In this document: positions 32,301 to 39,846 of the stretch, in pieces
Layout of the letters: each line of letters begins with the position of its first letter
Position numbering within the stretch: the first letter of the stretch is position 1
Source: Patescibacteria group bacterium UBA6201
GTDB lineage: Bacteria > Patescibacteriota > Minisyncoccia > Phycocordibacterales > UBA918
Assembly: GCA_002422025.1 (NCBI GenBank)
Contig: DISV01000005.1
Span: forward strand, 51,617 to 115,616
Reading direction: 5' to 3'
Length of the DNA stretch: 64,000 bases
Translations under genes and position numbers: made by a program
The notes under the pieces: generated by a model
Databases searched by the model: none
What the model was told of the DNA's origin: nothing
What the model saw: only the letters and a program-made list of their open reading frames with translations

Positions 32301-32726
32301 TTCTTTGCGAATCGGGTAAGCACTAAGGAGTTATGTGTTGGGGACGGCAGTGGGGCGGAGACCTGTATCACTAAGAGTCAACTAGATTCGCTATTACAAA
32401 GTGCGGCGGTAGGTAGTTCAAACAGTGGGGGAGAAGGAGGTGGTTCTTCCACTCCAGAACCCCTTCCTCCAGTAGACACCACTACTCCTGAACCAACCAC
32501 TAACGATACTGCTGCAACTACGACTACAGACGTAACTACCGACACTACCACAACTACAGACGGAACCACAGACACACCATCACCCGACAATGGAACGATA
32601 ACCGACACTGAACCAGTTCCAGAACCTACGCCTGAACCAGCTCCCGATCCAGAACCAGAGTCAGCTCCGGAACCGGCGCCAGAACCTACTCCAGAACCTA
32701 CTCCAACCCCAGCTCCAACGGAATAA
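23367..32726 (+). CDS. Giant (~3120 aa) Thr/Ser/Gly-rich surface fibre: HTH-TM-tail-fibre repeats-3x C1q-like-NTAxG repeats-peptidase S74-like chaperone-PE-rich tail
   Basis: GYTIPLTASTTEW..AYGWGDH repeats; GNVGIGTTTP motifs; VAFSVHK..FDTNNNFDLTTERFTPTVAGKY x3; TSDRRTKENI..GFIAQEL..VDYGR; PEPTPEP tail. Confidence 0.8.
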   Translation: MSDSTEPSNVDTSKSTKFLSVKEAATVSSYTTAHVTRLAQKGLITAVRDGRQWLIDPISLQKFVWDTEEKKKVRKEQLRKERVEELHLSSTGQTLEDSDEEFSIFDVRTAVVSAVFTTCVALLFSLGSVYDQNEQIFAGSTVVSGVERLSYDFKDRVLPRTRDLSATTLLSAPIATYSGKVLESLWCDLKLLWYKNDSCGAPAIEYAILPIINNRDADPETNVTVNNTYITNPVEREVVEREIVREVFVQDGQLSFASYITRTEYDNQVDAIMRSIENIDTSGGGGGTSNVASLEDLSDVAAMTESTGDLLIWTGSTWSNIATSSLGISGGSGAVDSVNGQTGVVVLDTGDVSENGNLYFTNARARESLSSSATGLSYATSTGVFSLTAGYTIPLTASTTEWSNTTNLVTAGSASWDAAAASTTALTPSYLRGLFSNSATGLTYDSGTGATSLTSGYTIPLLASTTEWVTAYGWGDHSLQNYIQQNDNVVFGNATTTSLVVSNNITTSLNDGCVEVAGGILTSTGSNCGIGSGGITSLNGLTTSSQSFATSTSGGLDLSITSSSGVHTFTAGLSAGYTIPLSASTTEWANTRNIVNASSTLWDTAYSWGDHSTAGYLTTIASSTIRNMFSNTATGLTYDSGTGITSLTAGYTIPLTASTTEWSTTYGWGDHSIAGYLTEVATTTVRSMFSTGTGLSYSTTTGEFINTGVLSLGGLTGAVATSSLHVSTSTYAFTSGTSSIALSLDGFNSTDYLTLSAWYATTTDALDEGLNNLYFTNARARESLSSSATGLSYATSTGAFSLTAGYTIPLTASTTEWSNTANLVTAGSASWDAAAASTTALTPAYLRGLFSNSATGLTYDSGTGATSLTAGYTIPLTASTTEWATAYGWGDHSAVGYLVSGDIDTSSELLTIVSDETGTGSLVFNASPTFTGNTTLANASTTNLTVSGNSYLGTVASGTWNGTDIDISDYTNLSVTATGLSLSGDAVALTAGYIIPLSASTTEWSTAYGWGDHSIAGYLTNITGESLEDLTDVATMTKSTGDLLSWNGSSWTNVATSSLGFNDHDSVTLAGENYLSLATQQITANAINPDNLASADFGDFTCNGTTCSFDTDSVSDNEIDYTTVTLNDLTFDVGNVSKTEFGYLDGVTSAIQTQLDSKLSTTTAASTYLTINNNLSDLASTTVARTNLGLGTVALLNSIDISDNTNLSVSATGLSLSGDAVALTAGYTIPLSASTTEWSTAYGWGDHSIAGYLTNITGESFYDLVDTQSSYTANRVLYQGGGGVTDSANLTFDGSLFSVIGTASSTNLFTTNATTTNITASGHATLATASSTNFTVSGNSYIGTVLGGAWQGSAIGVQYGGTGASTFTAGEILVGNGTGAITSTSTANLKATLGLNNVENTALSTWAGSSNITTLGTIVSGVWNGTTIDVAHGGTGATTLTGLLLGNGTGAFTATTTLSSSYIEDAYVLNTGDSISGNLTFSGLAANIVLGSNWLSGDGGDEGLFVDSVGKVGIGTASPTAALSITNDGTSDLDVLLDNGTVQGVFELQSNSVARLGTITNHSFEFVTNNSTRFKVTNAGNIGIGSTSPSSKLTVQGDTWIGGNITATGTLNITDHSTLTTASTTNLTVSGNSYLGTVASGTWNGTDIDISDYTNLSVSATGLELSGDAIALTAGYTIPLTASTTAWNTAYSWGDHSIAGYLTNITGESLEDLTDVAAMTKSTGDLLSWNGSSWTNVATSSLGITGTSDGVASSSVAFSVHKNGTNQTVTANTFTLLTWSTEVFDTNNNFDLTTERFTPTVAGKYIATVASFCNDSTTNCQVAIYKNGVLYSKNVNVDPNNTGSMVTTIVDMNGTTDYLEAYGYDGGGTTISGAAEVTYFSGALIAPANGLAGGWSNDGTQSYLADYTDLVAIGTSTAAAKLDVWGSAGSTDILGISSSTGSRLLTVTSNGNVGIGTTTPSSKLSVYGDVLLEGSSRYLNFGSTAGTSGYGIRDNAGTIEFKNSGGSWTGIGTGTGSTGSSSVAFSVHKNSTAQTVTSATVTLLTWSTELFDTNNNFDLTTERFTPTVAGKYTVTLSAFCDNGTTGCAVYIYKNNVLVNQGYTGSNVATGVAAVTAIIDMNGTTDYLEAYVFNNNGTTINGGKHVTYFSGALIAPANGLAGGWSNDGTQSYLADYTDLVAIGTTTAAAKLDVWGSAGSTDILGISSSTGSRLLTLTSGGNLGLGTTTPSSKLSIQGTGNLLSLFDTAGNSIFNIASATTSTSTLATNLAITGNLSLSGSLYDSTSSAGSSGMVLQSTGSGTQWVATSSLGITGGTDGVASSSVAFSVHKNGTNQTVTSNVETLVTWSTEDFDTNNNFDLSTERFTPTIAGKYIVTVAVRCDSATTFCQARLRKNGSGISTRYEYTAGGGTPPTTVTATVDMNGTTDYLDVMATNSGGTTINGGAEYTYFSGALIAPANGLAGGWSNDGTQSYLADYTDLVAIGTTTATAKLDIWGSAGSTDILGISSSTGSRLLTVTSNGNLGIGTSSPTYKLDVAGGYINVDGNSGGYKISGNTILQASSTNFSTLVGNGAGTVLQATGLYNTAVGYQSLNVATSSTYNTAVGYQSLFSDTSGGSNTATGYKALYSNTTGGFNTALGRESLYSNTTGVANTAYGYKSLYSNTTGSYNVASAYQALQSNTTGSYNMALGRQALYSNTSGQGNTAVGFRTGYGDGSTLNQQSVVDEYITLIGYQASRDASVASTTSLTNSVAIGYNARFLASNQVVLGNDSVTSTLLKGNVSIGTTTNAVAGGTAAFLNIDRSSAGAFAVGTYINLTTSASHFGFANPNGLVGTINTSASATTYNTTSDRRTKENITETVLGLDALMQLPIRDFSFIKDTTHATTSGFIAQELYEIFPWAVSTNGDNGIDPLTGTSTPWSVDYGRVTPLIARAVQELNLKLEDLATTSLYADLEADSFTKSFFDKLIAWFADATNGIENFFANRVSTKELCVGDGSGAETCITKSQLDSLLQSAAVGSSNSGGEGGGSSTPEPLPPVDTTTPEPTTNDTAATTTTDVTTDTTTTTDGTTDTPSPDNGTITDTEPVPEPTPEPAPDPEPESAPEPAPEPTPEPTPTPAPTE

Positions 32727-32748
32727 TCGTTAGTGTATAATTGCTTTT

Positions 32749-33306
32749 ATGGAACTAGATAAGGCGATAGAGGCATTGCTTTTTTATAAAGCTGAGCCAA
32801 TAAAAAAGGCGGTTTTAATGAAAACTTTAGAAGTGGGGGAGGGGGAGCTTGTCGCTGCCTTGGAAGTGCTCAAAGAGCGCTTGCAAGGTGGTGCAACGAC
32901 ACTCATCACTACTGAAGAGGACGTGTCTTTAGTAGTCGGTCCACAATTTGACGATTTGGTCGAGAGTATTCGTAAAGACGAAATGAAGCGTGGTATTGGT
33001 CGGGCCGGTGCCGAGACCTTGGCCATAGTGATGTATCGCGGTCCAATTGGTCGCGTTGAGATTGATCGTATTCGTGGTGTTAACTCTTCATATATATTAC
33101 GTAACCTGGAGATGCGTGGGTTGGTGGAGAGGCGAGTAGGTAAGAGGCAGAACGAATTCGTCATTACAACTGAGCTACTTCGTCATTTGGGGATACGAGA
33201 AAAAACTGAAATGCCAGATTATGCTAAGGTACTAGACGCGCTTGAAGCCTTCGAAAACAGTGCATTTCCAAACGACGAATCTCTGCGTCAGACTGCAGAA
33301 AAATAA
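32749..33306 (+). CDS. scpB: SMC-Scp complex subunit ScpB
   Basis: IEALLF, AETLAIVMYRGPI.RVEIDRIRGVNS, TTELLRHLG. Confidence 0.93.
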   Translation: MELDKAIEALLFYKAEPIKKAVLMKTLEVGEGELVAALEVLKERLQGGATTLITTEEDVSLVVGPQFDDLVESIRKDEMKRGIGRAGAETLAIVMYRGPIGRVEIDRIRGVNSSYILRNLEMRGLVERRVGKRQNEFVITTELLRHLGIREKTEMPDYAKVLDALEAFENSAFPNDESLRQTAEK

Positions 33307-33520
33307 GTTTAACGTATATTGAATACGTCGCACTTATTTTTCCTTGTCTGACTTGACCTTCATTCATTTTCAAAAGCACCAAGAAGAGGATATTATTGAA
33401 AACGACGAATCTCTGCGTCAGGCTACGGAAAATTAATCTCAATGTATGAGATATACGCCTCGTTTAATTTTCCTTACCTTCCTTGACCTTTATTCGTTTT
33501 GAAAATCACCACAGAGGAAG
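33270..33520. repeat. Tandem pair of ~130-bp imperfect palindromic repeats
   Basis: AAACGACGAATCTCTGCGTCAG at 33270 and 33400 (period 130); both copies end TTGACCTT..ATTC.TTTT..AAA.CACC. Confidence 0.85.
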
Positions 33521-33556
33521 TATAAAAAATGAATCTCCAAATTAGACTCAATAAAA

Positions 33557-34705
33557 ATGACTGATTTAGAAAACAACAAAATTAAAGAAGAGAGTCTGGA
33601 GGGACAGGACTTGTCTTTCGCGCTGGCCTCAGGAGCTAAAACCTCAAATATGCCAGTGCGCCGACAACTGGCTATTGTCGCACTACTCCTTATCGGGGTT
33701 TTTGGATTTGGTGCCAGTGCGTTATGGTTGGGTGGTGACGGAGGCGGTAATGATAATCAGGCGGCTTCGTTATCAGAATCAGTGGTGTCGGGAGAGGACA
33801 AAACTGATACTGAACGAATTAGTTTTGATGACCTAGAACTCTTGGCACAAGGGGCCATTGTCATAGATGTAAGCAGTGGTCGGGTACTTTACCAAAAAGC
33901 TCCAGATGAGTCATTGCCACTGGCGAGTATTACCAAACTAATGACGGCCCTGGTCGCTAGTGAGGTAGTGGAAGATGGTGCTGTCATCTCGGTAACTACA
34001 TCGGCGCTCAATCAGTCGGGGGACAGTGGGCTCGGGGAGGGTGAGCAATTTTCATATAAAAACCTATCTGACCTTATGCTCCTTATTTCCTCTAATGACG
34101 GAGCTTACGCTTTGTCGGCTTACGTCGGTGGCTCGCTTGACCAAAACTCACCGGAGGTTGCTTTCGTGAAGGCGATGAATGTGCGAGCCAAAGAACTAGG
34201 TCTCTCACAAACCTCGTTTCGTAATCCGACTGGACTAGACATATCTCCAACTGAAGCCGGAGCATACGGCAGTGCACGTGATGTAGCAAAGCTAATGGAA
34301 TATATCTTAAAAAATTCGCCTGAACTTCTCGAAGTAACCACTTATATTGATACTGCGGTTTATAATGAAGCCGGTATCTTTCATCAGGCTGATAACACTA
34401 ATTACGTTGTTGATGCTATTCCTCACACTATTGCTTCAAAGACTGGCTACACCACCCTCGCTGGAGGGAATCTGGTGGTGGCTTTCGATGCTGGTCTGAA
34501 TCGTCCGGTCATTGCGGTGGTGCTCGGCTCCACGCACCAGGGACGATTTTCCGATATATTAAAATTAGTGGAAGCAGCGAAGACTGAAATTTTAAACAAG
34601 GAAGTCAAAGCAAAGGATAATTTAAGAATGGGTAATCAGTCGTCTTTATATCAATGGGTTTTAGGTGCTTTAATAAATCGGTCAATTGATCAGCTCAACT
34701 CTTAA
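33557..34705 (+). CDS. D-alanyl-D-alanine carboxypeptidase (peptidase S11)
   Basis: PLASITKLMT (SxxK), SSND (SxN), KTGYT, N-terminal TM. Confidence 0.92.
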   Translation: MTDLENNKIKEESLEGQDLSFALASGAKTSNMPVRRQLAIVALLLIGVFGFGASALWLGGDGGGNDNQAASLSESVVSGEDKTDTERISFDDLELLAQGAIVIDVSSGRVLYQKAPDESLPLASITKLMTALVASEVVEDGAVISVTTSALNQSGDSGLGEGEQFSYKNLSDLMLLISSNDGAYALSAYVGGSLDQNSPEVAFVKAMNVRAKELGLSQTSFRNPTGLDISPTEAGAYGSARDVAKLMEYILKNSPELLEVTTYIDTAVYNEAGIFHQADNTNYVVDAIPHTIASKTGYTTLAGGNLVVAFDAGLNRPVIAVVLGSTHQGRFSDILKLVEAAKTEILNKEVKAKDNLRMGNQSSLYQWVLGALINRSIDQLNS

Positions 34706-34714
34706 CATCTCTAT

Positions 34715-35788
34715 ATGGAACTTACCCTCATTAAAGTATTTATACCAACCGCATTAGCATTCTTGATTGGCGTATTAACGACTCCGCTTATTACGCATTA
34801 TTTATATAAGTATCAAGCATGGAAGAAAAAATCTGGCAAAGGTAACGGTTATGGTGGGGGAGGGACGCCACTTTTTGACGCTCTGCATAAAGAACGTGAT
34901 ACCAACACCCCAAGGCTCGGCGGTATTGTTATTTGGTCTAGCGTGTTTTTAACGGTATTACTATTGGCCGTATTTGAATTTCTTTTTCCTGATTCTGTTT
35001 TCGGTAAGCTTAATTTTCTTTCACGGTCCCAGACATGGCTACCACTTCTGGCCCTAGCAGTGGGTGCTGTGGTTGGTTTTGCTGATGACGTACTCACTAT
35101 TCAAGGCCGAGGCAAACATTTTGCGGGCGGACTACCACTGTCACAAAGACTTATGGTGGTGACCGTTACCGCGTTTCTTTCTGCTTGGTGGTTTTTCGAT
35201 AAGCTAGAGGTGGACAGTGTTTCCATGCTCGGTTTTGGAGACGTCACTCTTGGCATTTGGTTCATTCCTTTCTTTGTGTTTGTGGCTATCTGCGTTTATT
35301 CGTCGAGTGTTATCGACGGTATCGACGGTCTAGCTGGTGGAGTGTTTATGTTTATCTTTACGGCCTATGCGGGCATCGCTTTGTGGCAAAACCAAATAGA
35401 CATCGCTGCACTTTCAGCAACTATCGTCGGTGGCATCTTGGCTTTCTTATGGTTTAACATTCCACCAGCTCGTTTCTATATGTCCGAAACGGGGGTGATG
35501 GCTCTCACGATGTCGCTCACTATCATTGCCTTCATGACGGACACCTTGGGGGAAGGGGAAGGAGTGTCGCTCTTGCCAGTGGTTGGTTTTTTACTGGTGG
35601 CTACTGTAGTGGCTAATACATTACAAATAGTTTCCAAGAAATTCTTTGGGCGAAGATTGCTTAAGATTGCGCCACTGCATCACCATTTCGAAGCCGAAGG
35701 ATGGCCACAGTATAAAGTGACTATGCGTTACTGGGTGCTCGGCTTTGTGTTAGCGATTATCGGAATGATATTAGCGATTGGAATATAA
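34715..35788 (+). CDS. mraY: Phospho-N-acetylmuramoyl-pentapeptide transferase
   Basis: TPRLGG, GFADD, IDGIDGLA, FLWFNIPPARFYM, APLHHHFE..GW..KVTMRYW. Confidence 0.95.
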   Translation: MELTLIKVFIPTALAFLIGVLTTPLITHYLYKYQAWKKKSGKGNGYGGGGTPLFDALHKERDTNTPRLGGIVIWSSVFLTVLLLAVFEFLFPDSVFGKLNFLSRSQTWLPLLALAVGAVVGFADDVLTIQGRGKHFAGGLPLSQRLMVVTVTAFLSAWWFFDKLEVDSVSMLGFGDVTLGIWFIPFFVFVAICVYSSSVIDGIDGLAGGVFMFIFTAYAGIALWQNQIDIAALSATIVGGILAFLWFNIPPARFYMSETGVMALTMSLTIIAFMTDTLGEGEGVSLLPVVGFLLVATVVANTLQIVSKKFFGRRLLKIAPLHHHFEAEGWPQYKVTMRYWVLGFVLAIIGMILAIGI

Positions 35789-35795
35789 TCTTCAT

Positions 35796-36905
35796 ATGGT
35801 AGCTCCTAAGTCAGTTGACAGAATATTGCTCGGTATTGTGCTTACTCTGGTAGCTGGCGGTTTTTTTATTTTTTCCTCTGCTTCATTGGGACTTTTGGTG
35901 GATGGTAGTGTGAAATTTTCTTCTGTCGCCTTCAATCAAATAGTGTTAGGAATTGGTGGGGGAATGGTGGCGATGTTTATCATGAGTCGTATCTACTACC
36001 GGACTTGGCGACGTTTTGCTTTTTATATTTTCCTTTTGGCTATCGGTTCATCATTCTTGGTCTTCGTGCCAGGACTAGGTCTCGAACACGGAGGGGCTCG
36101 GCGTTGGATAGATGTGGCGGGTTTTTCCTTTCAACCAGCCGAATTCTTAAAGATTGCCTTTGTTATATATGTGGCAACTTGGTTTTCTGCTATTAAAAAA
36201 GGCAGTAATAATTTTTGGCAAAGCACTGCACCTTTTATTGCTAGCGTGTTTGTGGTCGGAGTTGTAATGTTGCTTCAAAAGGACACTGATACTTTTCTAA
36301 TTATGGTGACCGCTGGTACTACGATGTTCTTCGTTCAAAGCGGTAAGTGGCGCGAGATTCTAGTGATGGGTTTGGTTATGATAGCGCTGGTCGGAAGTCT
36401 CGCTTTCGTGCACGATTATGTTAAAAATCGACTACTAGCATTCGTTAATTCTGATTATGATCCGCAAGGGGCTGGCTACCAGGTGAAGCAATCTTTGATA
36501 GCGGTTGGCTCCGGCGGAGTGTGGGGAAGGGGATTTGGTCAAAGTGTACAGAAATTTGAGTATCTACCTGAACCAATCGGAGACTCGATTTTTGCTGTCT
36601 ACGCGGAGGAGTTTGGTTTCGTTGGGGCCTTTATCCTCATCATGCTCTTTGCTGGATTTGTTTTTCGTGGCTATCGACTCGCGACCCATGCACCTGACGA
36701 CTTCGGAATGCTTCTGGTAGTCGGCTTAGTCACAATGATTGTCCTTCAGGCTTTTTTACATATAGCAGCGATGGTGAAATTTGCTCCGATGCTCGGACTG
36801 CCGCTGCCTTTCATTAGTCATGGCGGAACGGCTATGTTGATGACCTTGGCAGCGGTAGGGGTTATTTTGAATGTCTCTAAATACCAAAAGAACTTCAAGC
36901 GTTAG
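35796..36905 (+). CDS. ftsW: SEDS peptidoglycan polymerase FtsW
   Basis: GARRWI, FQPAEFLK, GYQVKQSLIAVGSGG, YLPEPIGDSIF, LPFISHGG; between mraY and murG. Confidence 0.92.
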   Translation: MVAPKSVDRILLGIVLTLVAGGFFIFSSASLGLLVDGSVKFSSVAFNQIVLGIGGGMVAMFIMSRIYYRTWRRFAFYIFLLAIGSSFLVFVPGLGLEHGGARRWIDVAGFSFQPAEFLKIAFVIYVATWFSAIKKGSNNFWQSTAPFIASVFVVGVVMLLQKDTDTFLIMVTAGTTMFFVQSGKWREILVMGLVMIALVGSLAFVHDYVKNRLLAFVNSDYDPQGAGYQVKQSLIAVGSGGVWGRGFGQSVQKFEYLPEPIGDSIFAVYAEEFGFVGAFILIMLFAGFVFRGYRLATHAPDDFGMLLVVGLVTMIVLQAFLHIAAMVKFAPMLGLPLPFISHGGTAMLMTLAAVGVILNVSKYQKNFKR

Positions 36906-36983
36906 TGATTTGTTATATTGAATACGTAGAGGCGTAGCCTAGGGTAGGCCGTGTTATTATGGAAAGGTTAAATTCTTTATGAG

Positions 36984-37100
36984 TCCCGTTAGAAATAGCG
37001 GACACGTTATAATACATGAAGCACAATTGGTCGAATCAAATTATTAAAATTTATCTAGCGATGTGGACAGTTCACACGTCCGCGTCCTATTTCTAACGGG
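36984..37100 (+). mobile_element. 117-bp start-codon-inserted element (copy 2) at murG
   Basis: TCCCGTTAGAAATAG / CTATTTCTAACGGG(A) 15-bp inverted ends; ATGAG duplicated at 36979-36983 and 37101-37105. Confidence 0.75.
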
Positions 37101-38222
37101 ATGAGAATAGTACTAGTAGGCGGTGGAACTGGCGGACACTTTTACCCGTTAATGGCGGTTGCAGAAGCTGTGCGCGAGCGTGACCAGGGGGAGGGAAGAG
37201 AGACCGAGCTTTTTTATATGGGTCCAGATGCATATAGCGTCGAATCCCTAAGTGCTCTCAATATTAAACTCGTACGTTGTCCGGCTGGCAAGAAACGCAA
37301 TTATTTTTCACTCTTGAATTATTTGGATGGTTTCAAAACTCTCTATGGAGTGATGGTGGCTTTTGTAAAATTATTGAAACTCTATCCCGATGTTGTTTTT
37401 AGTAAGGGTGGATATACGAGTGTGCCGATTACTATTGCTGCGTCACTCTTACGTATCCCAGTCGTGATTCATGAGTCAGACGCTGTTCCGGGGCGCGCTA
37501 ATAAGCTGGCTGCGCGCTTTGCTCGCATTATTGGTATTGCTCATGCAGAAGTCGCCGATTTCTTCCCAAAGGAAAAGGTGATTAATGTGGGAATGCCAAT
37601 TCGGCGCGCCTTTATGCAACCAATCAATAATCCACACGCCGTGCTTGGTATAAGTAAGGATCGGCCAGTCATCCTAGTGACTGGAGGATCGAGTGGCGCA
37701 GAACGATTAAATAACTTTGTTCTAGCTGCCTTATCAAAACTTCTTGCCACTTACACCGTCGTGCATCAAGTAGGGGATAATAACGTACAAAAGGTCTCTT
37801 CAGCCGCCACATCGTTGTTCACTGATCAATCAGCCTTATCCCACTATTATTTGTTTGGACATTTACCACAGGAAAAATTTGCAGCGGCTTTTCAGGCAGC
37901 TGATTTAATCGTGACACGAGCGGGTAGTACCACATTGTTCGAAATCGCTTTAAATAAAAAGCCAGCCATCTTGGTTCCGATACCAGAGGAGATAAGTCGT
38001 GATCAGCGCAGTAATGCCTATGCTTATGCTCGTATCACTGGCGCCACAGTCCTCGAGGAGCATAATCTTAGTGATGATATTTTAGTGGCTGAGATAAACA
38101 GAATATTGGGAGACCGCGAGTCCTATGAAAGAATGGTGGAGGGAACCAAGGCTTTGACATCGGACCAGGCGGCGTATAAGCTGGCTGATATATTGATCGA
38201 AATCGGACACTCACACGAGTAA
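37101..38222 (+). CDS. murG: Lipid II GlcNAc transferase MurG
   Basis: GGGTGGHFYP, SKGGYTSVP, HESDAVPGRAN, TGGSSGA, RAGSTT, DQRSNA. Confidence 0.96.
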   Translation: MRIVLVGGGTGGHFYPLMAVAEAVRERDQGEGRETELFYMGPDAYSVESLSALNIKLVRCPAGKKRNYFSLLNYLDGFKTLYGVMVAFVKLLKLYPDVVFSKGGYTSVPITIAASLLRIPVVIHESDAVPGRANKLAARFARIIGIAHAEVADFFPKEKVINVGMPIRRAFMQPINNPHAVLGISKDRPVILVTGGSSGAERLNNFVLAALSKLLATYTVVHQVGDNNVQKVSSAATSLFTDQSALSHYYLFGHLPQEKFAAAFQAADLIVTRAGSTTLFEIALNKKPAILVPIPEEISRDQRSNAYAYARITGATVLEEHNLSDDILVAEINRILGDRESYERMVEGTKALTSDQAAYKLADILIEIGHSHE

Positions 38223-38345
38223 AATCGCCAAAATGTGCGACCTTCTTGCTCGGCGTAATTTATTCTCCACGCACCGTATAGCCGATACGGCTTGGTCGTA
38301 TAAATTACGCCGAGCAGCGAATCTCATCCCATTTTGACAATTTTC
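38221..38345. repeat. Long bulged hairpin with apical CCGTAT/ATACGG stem
   Basis: 17-bp perfect arm TGCTCGGCGTAATTTAT (38247-38263) / ATAAATTACGCCGAGCA (38300-38316). Confidence 0.75.
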
Positions 38346-38379
38346 TGATTTGCTGACCATACTGTAAGATAAATTTAAA

Positions 38380-39846
38380 ATGAACACTGAACTAAAAAAA
38401 GTTGTAACCCGTTTTGCTCCGTCTCCGACGGGGTTCTTACACATTGGGGGAGTAAGGACCGCTCTTTTTGCTTACTTGTACGCCAGAAAAATGGGAGGCA
38501 CTTTTATCTTGCGCATCGAAGATACTGATAAGCAGCGCGAGGTGGAAGGTTCAATTCAGCACATAATGGATTCATTGCGGTGGCTAAATATTGAGTGGGA
38601 CTACGGCCCAGACAAACCAGGGTCTTTTGGTTCTTGTATCCAGTCAGAGCGTCTAGACAGCTACCAAAAGTACGCCAAACAACTGATCGATAAGGGATTA
38701 GCATACCCTGACCCGTATACTAAGGAAGAAGTAGAAAAATTTCGTCAAGATGCTGAGGCGCAAAAAAAGCCATTCCTATTTCGTAATTACCGCCCAGAGA
38801 CTTTTGATGTGTGGGATGGGACACGGCCACTTAGGCTTAAGGTGCCAGAAGTCAAACGGTATGTGTGGCAAGACGCAGTGCGAGGTCAGCTTGAGGCCGG
38901 TGAAGAAATGCTCGACGATATTATCTTAATTAAATCAGATGGTTATCCGACTTATAACTTTGCGCACATTATCGACGACTTAGAAATGGGAGTGACTCAC
39001 ATCATGCGTGCGGATGAGTTCATTGCTAGTCAACCAAAGTTTCTATCTATCTATGATGCTCTAGAAATTCCATATCCAGTCTTCGTTTCACTGCCTCCGA
39101 TTCTGCGAGATGATCGCACGAAGAAGCTCGGTAAGCGCGATGGTGCGAAAGACATTTTGGATTATAAAGTGGAAGGGTTCTTGCCAGAAGCAATGTTTAA
39201 CTTTTTAGCACTGATAGGTTGGAATCCAGGTACTGAGCAAGAACTATTTACAAAAGAAGAATTGATTCAAGCCTTTGATTTAGAGCGTATCCAAAAGTCA
39301 GGTGGTGCTTTCAACGAAGAAAAACTCAAATGGCTCAATAAGGAACATCTAAATCTTTTGAGTACATCTGAGTATGAAAAACTAGTCAGAGCGGCTATTC
39401 CAAAGGCAGTGACGGAGTCTCCATCGTTTGATGAGAATCGTCTCGGAAAACTCATTCCAGTTATTCGCGAGCGCACTCATATAATGTCAGATGTGACGAC
39501 TGCTTTTGAAGCAGGGGAGTACAGCTTTGTTTTTACGGACCCAGATGTTTCCTTGGATACATTACGTTTTAAGAAAGACCCAGAGGTTGCTTCTGCTGCG
39601 CCTCGTCTCCAACATTTAACTGAACTGTTAACAAATGCTGACTTTTCTTCACCTGAAAGTATTAAGGCAGCGGTGTGGGATTATGCTTCAATGGAGGGCA
39701 GGGGAGAGGTGTTGTGGCCGATGCGGGTAGCTCTAACTGGCCTTGAACGTTCCCCAGATCCTTTCACCGTGGCCTACATTATTGGTCAAACTGACACTTT
39801 GCGACGACTCCAGACAGTCTATGATAAGATCGGTCACGTTATTTAG
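38380..39846 (+). CDS. gltX: Glutamate--tRNA ligase
   Basis: TRFAPSPTGFLHIGGVRTAL, LRIEDTD, PTYNFA, KKLGKRDG. Confidence 0.97.
   Translation: MNTELKKVVTRFAPSPTGFLHIGGVRTALFAYLYARKMGGTFILRIEDTDKQREVEGSIQHIMDSLRWLNIEWDYGPDKPGSFGSCIQSERLDSYQKYAKQLIDKGLAYPDPYTKEEVEKFRQDAEAQKKPFLFRNYRPETFDVWDGTRPLRLKVPEVKRYVWQDAVRGQLEAGEEMLDDIILIKSDGYPTYNFAHIIDDLEMGVTHIMRADEFIASQPKFLSIYDALEIPYPVFVSLPPILRDDRTKKLGKRDGAKDILDYKVEGFLPEAMFNFLALIGWNPGTEQELFTKEELIQAFDLERIQKSGGAFNEEKLKWLNKEHLNLLSTSEYEKLVRAAIPKAVTESPSFDENRLGKLIPVIRERTHIMSDVTTAFEAGEYSFVFTDPDVSLDTLRFKKDPEVASAAPRLQHLTELLTNADFSSPESIKAAVWDYASMEGRGEVLWPMRVALTGLERSPDPFTVAYIIGQTDTLRRLQTVYDKIGHVI

Noticed and set aside
23367-32726. Diversity-generating retroelement target or prophage tail gene
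   Set aside because: No reverse transcriptase in the window, repeat differences are not obviously adenine-specific, and there are no capsid or terminase genes.
33270-33520. CRISPR array
   Set aside because: Only two units, the sequences between the identical 22-mers are homologous rather than unique spacers, and no cas genes are present.
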